Below, piece after piece: positions 62,035-64,000 of a stretch of 64,000 bases of DNA. A program made the translations under genes and the position numbers. How positions within the stretch are numbered: position 1 is the stretch's first letter; every line of letters starts with the position of its first letter. The notes beneath the pieces were generated by a model. That model saw nothing but the letters and a program-made list of their open reading frames with translations, ran no database searches and had not been told where the DNA came from. The stretch covers positions 3,836 through 67,835 of the forward strand of contig CAYLPP010000014.1 in the NCBI GenBank assembly GCA_964385615.1, in the 5' to 3' direction. The DNA is from an uncultured bacterium. Lineage in GTDB: Bacteria > Omnitrophota > Omnitrophia > Omnitrophales > Aquincolibacteriaceae.

Positions 62035-62547
62035 TTAAAGATTAAGGCGGATTTCCCGGCCGTCGTAATCGAGAACCACGGAATCTTCATTAATACTTTT
62101 GACGAACGCTTTTTCCCGGAGGCGGTCACCCACACCCGCGACTTGATTATTAATCAAAGCCAGTTTGGCGCCGTTAGATTCCGTCACGCCGGTTAAAACA
62201 AACTTGGGCGTATTTGCCGCTCTTGAAGATGCCTGAGGAATCTGAACCAACGTGGAGGAAACCCCTGCCATCATGACCGGGGAAGTTTCAGTTTTTTTAC
62301 CGTAGGTCAGAAAGAACCAGACCAGAATGGCAACCCCGACCGCGGCAAGAAGCGCCCAGGCCGCCGCGGCGTAAAAAACCAACGCGGGGCTCCCGGCTTT
62401 TTCCAGACGGGGTGACATCTCGCGGATAATTTTTTCTTCAGCGCGGAGCGTTTCACGAATCATTTTCGCGGGCTCAATTTTTTCAGGAGCAGGCAGAGCC
62501 GTAGAAACTTTCCCGGCTTTTTCAAGGGCCTGCTGAATCAGGCTCAC
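62035..62547 (-). CDS. Hypothetical single-pass membrane protein (GspB/ExeB-like partner of ExeA?)
   Basis: 170 aa. It has a central TM helix (ALVFYAAAAWALLAAVGVAILVWFFL). It overlaps the upstream exeA-like gene by 4 nt. Confidence 0.4.
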   Translation of the reverse strand: MSLIQQALEKAGKVSTALPAPEKIEPAKMIRETLRAEEKIIREMSPRLEKAGSPALVFYAAAAWALLAAVGVAILVWFFLTYGKKTETSPVMMAGVSSTLVQIPQASSRAANTPKFVLTGVTESNGAKLALINNQVAGVGDRLREKAFVKSINEDSVVLDYDGREIRLNL

Positions 62548-63356
62548 GCGGCAACTCCCGCCACGTCCGCATGAGCGTATTCAACCATCGCGGCTTCGAC
62601 CATGCGGATATTCTGGGTGAACGCCGTCATTAAAGCGCGGTCAGCCAGCACATTGATGAGTCTGGGAATTCCCGCTGAAAGATGATGAATCATATCCAGT
62701 GCCTGGGCCGTAAAGAAATTCGCGGGCGCACCGGCTACTTTCAAACGGTGTTCAATATAGTTGCCGATCTCTTCGCGCGAAAGGGCCGGGAGATGCGTGC
62801 GGATGGTAACTCTCTGCTTGAGCTGAACCAGGTCAGGCCGGTTCAAAAGATCTTTCAGCTCCGGCTGACCCGCGAGAATGATCTGAAGGAGTTTGCAGGA
62901 AGACGTCTCGACATTAGAAAGAAGCCGCACGGCTTCAAGCGCTTTAGGCGTTAAAAGCTGGGCTTCATCTATAATGACCACGGCGTTATAGCCGTTTTGA
63001 AGCTCTTCAATCAGAAACTTGTTCAGGGCGTCAAAGTAATCTTTGCGCTTCTTGCCCTTAGGCGTGATTCCAAAATCTTCCACGATGACCTGCAGGAGCT
63101 CGAACTCAGAAAGCTTGGGGTTAATCACCAGAGAAGTGTGAACTTTTTCATTCTGGAGTTTGCCCAGAAGCATACGGCTGATCGTCGTTTTTCCGGCGCC
63201 GATTTCCCCGGAGAGCTGCATGAAACCCCGCCGGGACTGGACTCCATATAATAAGGAAGAAAGGGCGTCGTGATGGTGCCGGCTGAGATAAAGGAACCGG
63301 GGATCCGGCGTCACATTAAAAGGACACTCTTTTAAACCGAAGAAGGATTCGTACAT
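62544..63356 (-). CDS. ExeA/GspA-family AAA+ ATPase
   Basis: 270 aa. The N-terminus is MYESFFGLKECPFNVTPDPRFLYLS. Walker A is GEIGAGKTT and Walker B is VVIIDEAQ. Confidence 0.8.
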   Translation of the reverse strand: MYESFFGLKECPFNVTPDPRFLYLSRHHHDALSSLLYGVQSRRGFMQLSGEIGAGKTTISRMLLGKLQNEKVHTSLVINPKLSEFELLQVIVEDFGITPKGKKRKDYFDALNKFLIEELQNGYNAVVIIDEAQLLTPKALEAVRLLSNVETSSCKLLQIILAGQPELKDLLNRPDLVQLKQRVTIRTHLPALSREEIGNYIEHRLKVAGAPANFFTAQALDMIHHLSAGIPRLINVLADRALMTAFTQNIRMVEAAMVEYAHADVAGVAA

Positions 63357-63450
63357 CGTGAAACCCGGGTTTTGGGTTGAACGCTCCCGAAAGGGAGTTA
63401 CCTTTTATCTTCTTGAATTAACGGCCCTCGCGGGAGAACCTTGAGCGGGA

Positions 63451-64000
63451 TTACGCGGACCGGGCCATTTGCTGCATGGCCTGCCACTGCAAGTAAGCGC
63501 GGACACCCGCGGCTGAAACCCGGATGTTGGTCCCATCTCCTGAAACAACTGCGGCTTCAAAGCCGGTAAACAGGCTGTACTTGGAAAGAAGCTCAGCGGG
63601 TTTGAGCCGGGCGGTTTCATTCCCCTTCCGGACTTCATGCGCCAACAAAAGGGCCACAGCGGTTTGCAGAGCAATGACCAGGCGGGAGGCGTCACTGCCG
63701 TCCAGAGGCCGGTCATCCATGCTGATCACGGGAATGAAGCCCGAATCCGCCTTCAAACCGGCGACATCTGAATCTGAAGAAGCTACCAACCCCGCGTGAG
63801 TTTGATCTCCTGAAAATTCCGTTTTACGGCCGGTCAGCTTGAACGGAGAAACCAGAACATTCGATTTGCGCAGAGCCATTAATTCTTCCGGAATCTGCTC
63901 AGTGCCTGAAACCAGCACACGGCGGATGATGCCGAAACGTTTAACAGCATCCACAAAATCAAGCACGGGCTGTTTCCCCTGACCTTGCGGAACCGCGTAA
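63451..64000 (-). CDS. Hypothetical protein, C-terminal part (ORF remains open to the window edge)
   Basis: The reading frame continues without a stop upstream of the annotated Met to position 64000 (…YAVPQGQGKQPVLDFVDAVKRF…). I recognised no motif. Confidence 0.3.
   Translation of the reverse strand, partial: YAVPQGQGKQPVLDFVDAVKRFGIIRRVLVSGTEQIPEELMALRKSNVLVSPFKLTGRKTEFSGDQTHAGLVASSDSDVAGLKADSGFIPVISMDDRPLDGSDASRLVIALQTAVALLLAHEVRKGNETARLKPAELLSKYSLFTGFEAAVVSGDGTNIRVSAAGVRAYLQWQAMQQMARSA

Noticed and set aside
63405-63799. ORFs 63405-63716 (minus) and 63524-63799 (plus) from the track
   Set aside because: They overlap the longer partial ORF 63451-64000, are Pro/Gly/Ala-rich and lack motifs. 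They are likely spurious.
1-64000. CRISPR arrays, rRNA genes and IS elements with terminal inverted repeats
   Set aside because: I looked for regularly spaced direct repeats, rRNA-like conserved stretches and transposase-like ORFs. I found none beyond the serine recombinase.

Overview
This is a bacterial chromosomal window with nearly every gene on the minus strand. It falls into three parts.

- **Heavy-metal island (about 1-13.6 kb).** This part is AT-richer, roughly 40-48% GC in spot counts against roughly 50-70% in the rest. It carries a classic HME-RND determinant: a CzcC-like outer-membrane factor, a CzcB-like adaptor and a CzcA-like RND pump. It also has a His-rich CDF (CzcD-like), a heavy-metal two-component system (CusS/CusR-like HK and RR), a YnfA family protein, a SAM-dependent methyltransferase, an LssY-like protein and a partial second NodT-type outer-membrane factor. 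It ends in a protein made of sigma-70 region 2 alone and a large serine recombinase. The 3' end of the recombinase gene overlaps an intact tRNA-Gln(CUG), so the region looks like an integrative island.

- **Housekeeping block (13.7-37 kb).** Housekeeping genes: gltX, nadK, dxs, ispA, xseAB, apt, an RpoD-like sigma factor, ppdK and glyQS. They are interrupted by a tRNA-Arg(CCU) and an approximately 1,840-aa secreted protein that is almost pure coiled coil.

- **Giant multi-kinase ORF (36,952-48,774).** This is the standout. One uninterrupted 11.8-kb ORF encodes 3,940 aa with an N-terminal signal peptide or signal anchor. It contains six tandem Hanks-type Ser/Thr kinase domains; five keep the catalytic motifs and one is degenerate. 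It also has one GHKL (RsbW/SpoIIAB-type) ATPase/kinase domain and two duplicated HprK/P-like P-loop modules. About 1,300 aa at the N-terminus and 340 aa at the C-terminus are uncharacterised. I do not know of any described protein family with this architecture.

- **Competence and cobalamin region (about 49-64 kb).** Downstream lie comEA, an XRE-cupin regulator convergently overlapping a short ComEC, and a TonB C-terminal-domain protein. A cobalamin-riboswitch-controlled operon follows in the order btuB-cobO-cobU-cobT-cobS-cobD-cbiB-bluB-cobC-cbiA. The window ends with an ExeA/GspA-like ATPase pair and a partial ORF.

All calls come from reading the translations and the DNA by eye. No database searches were run.
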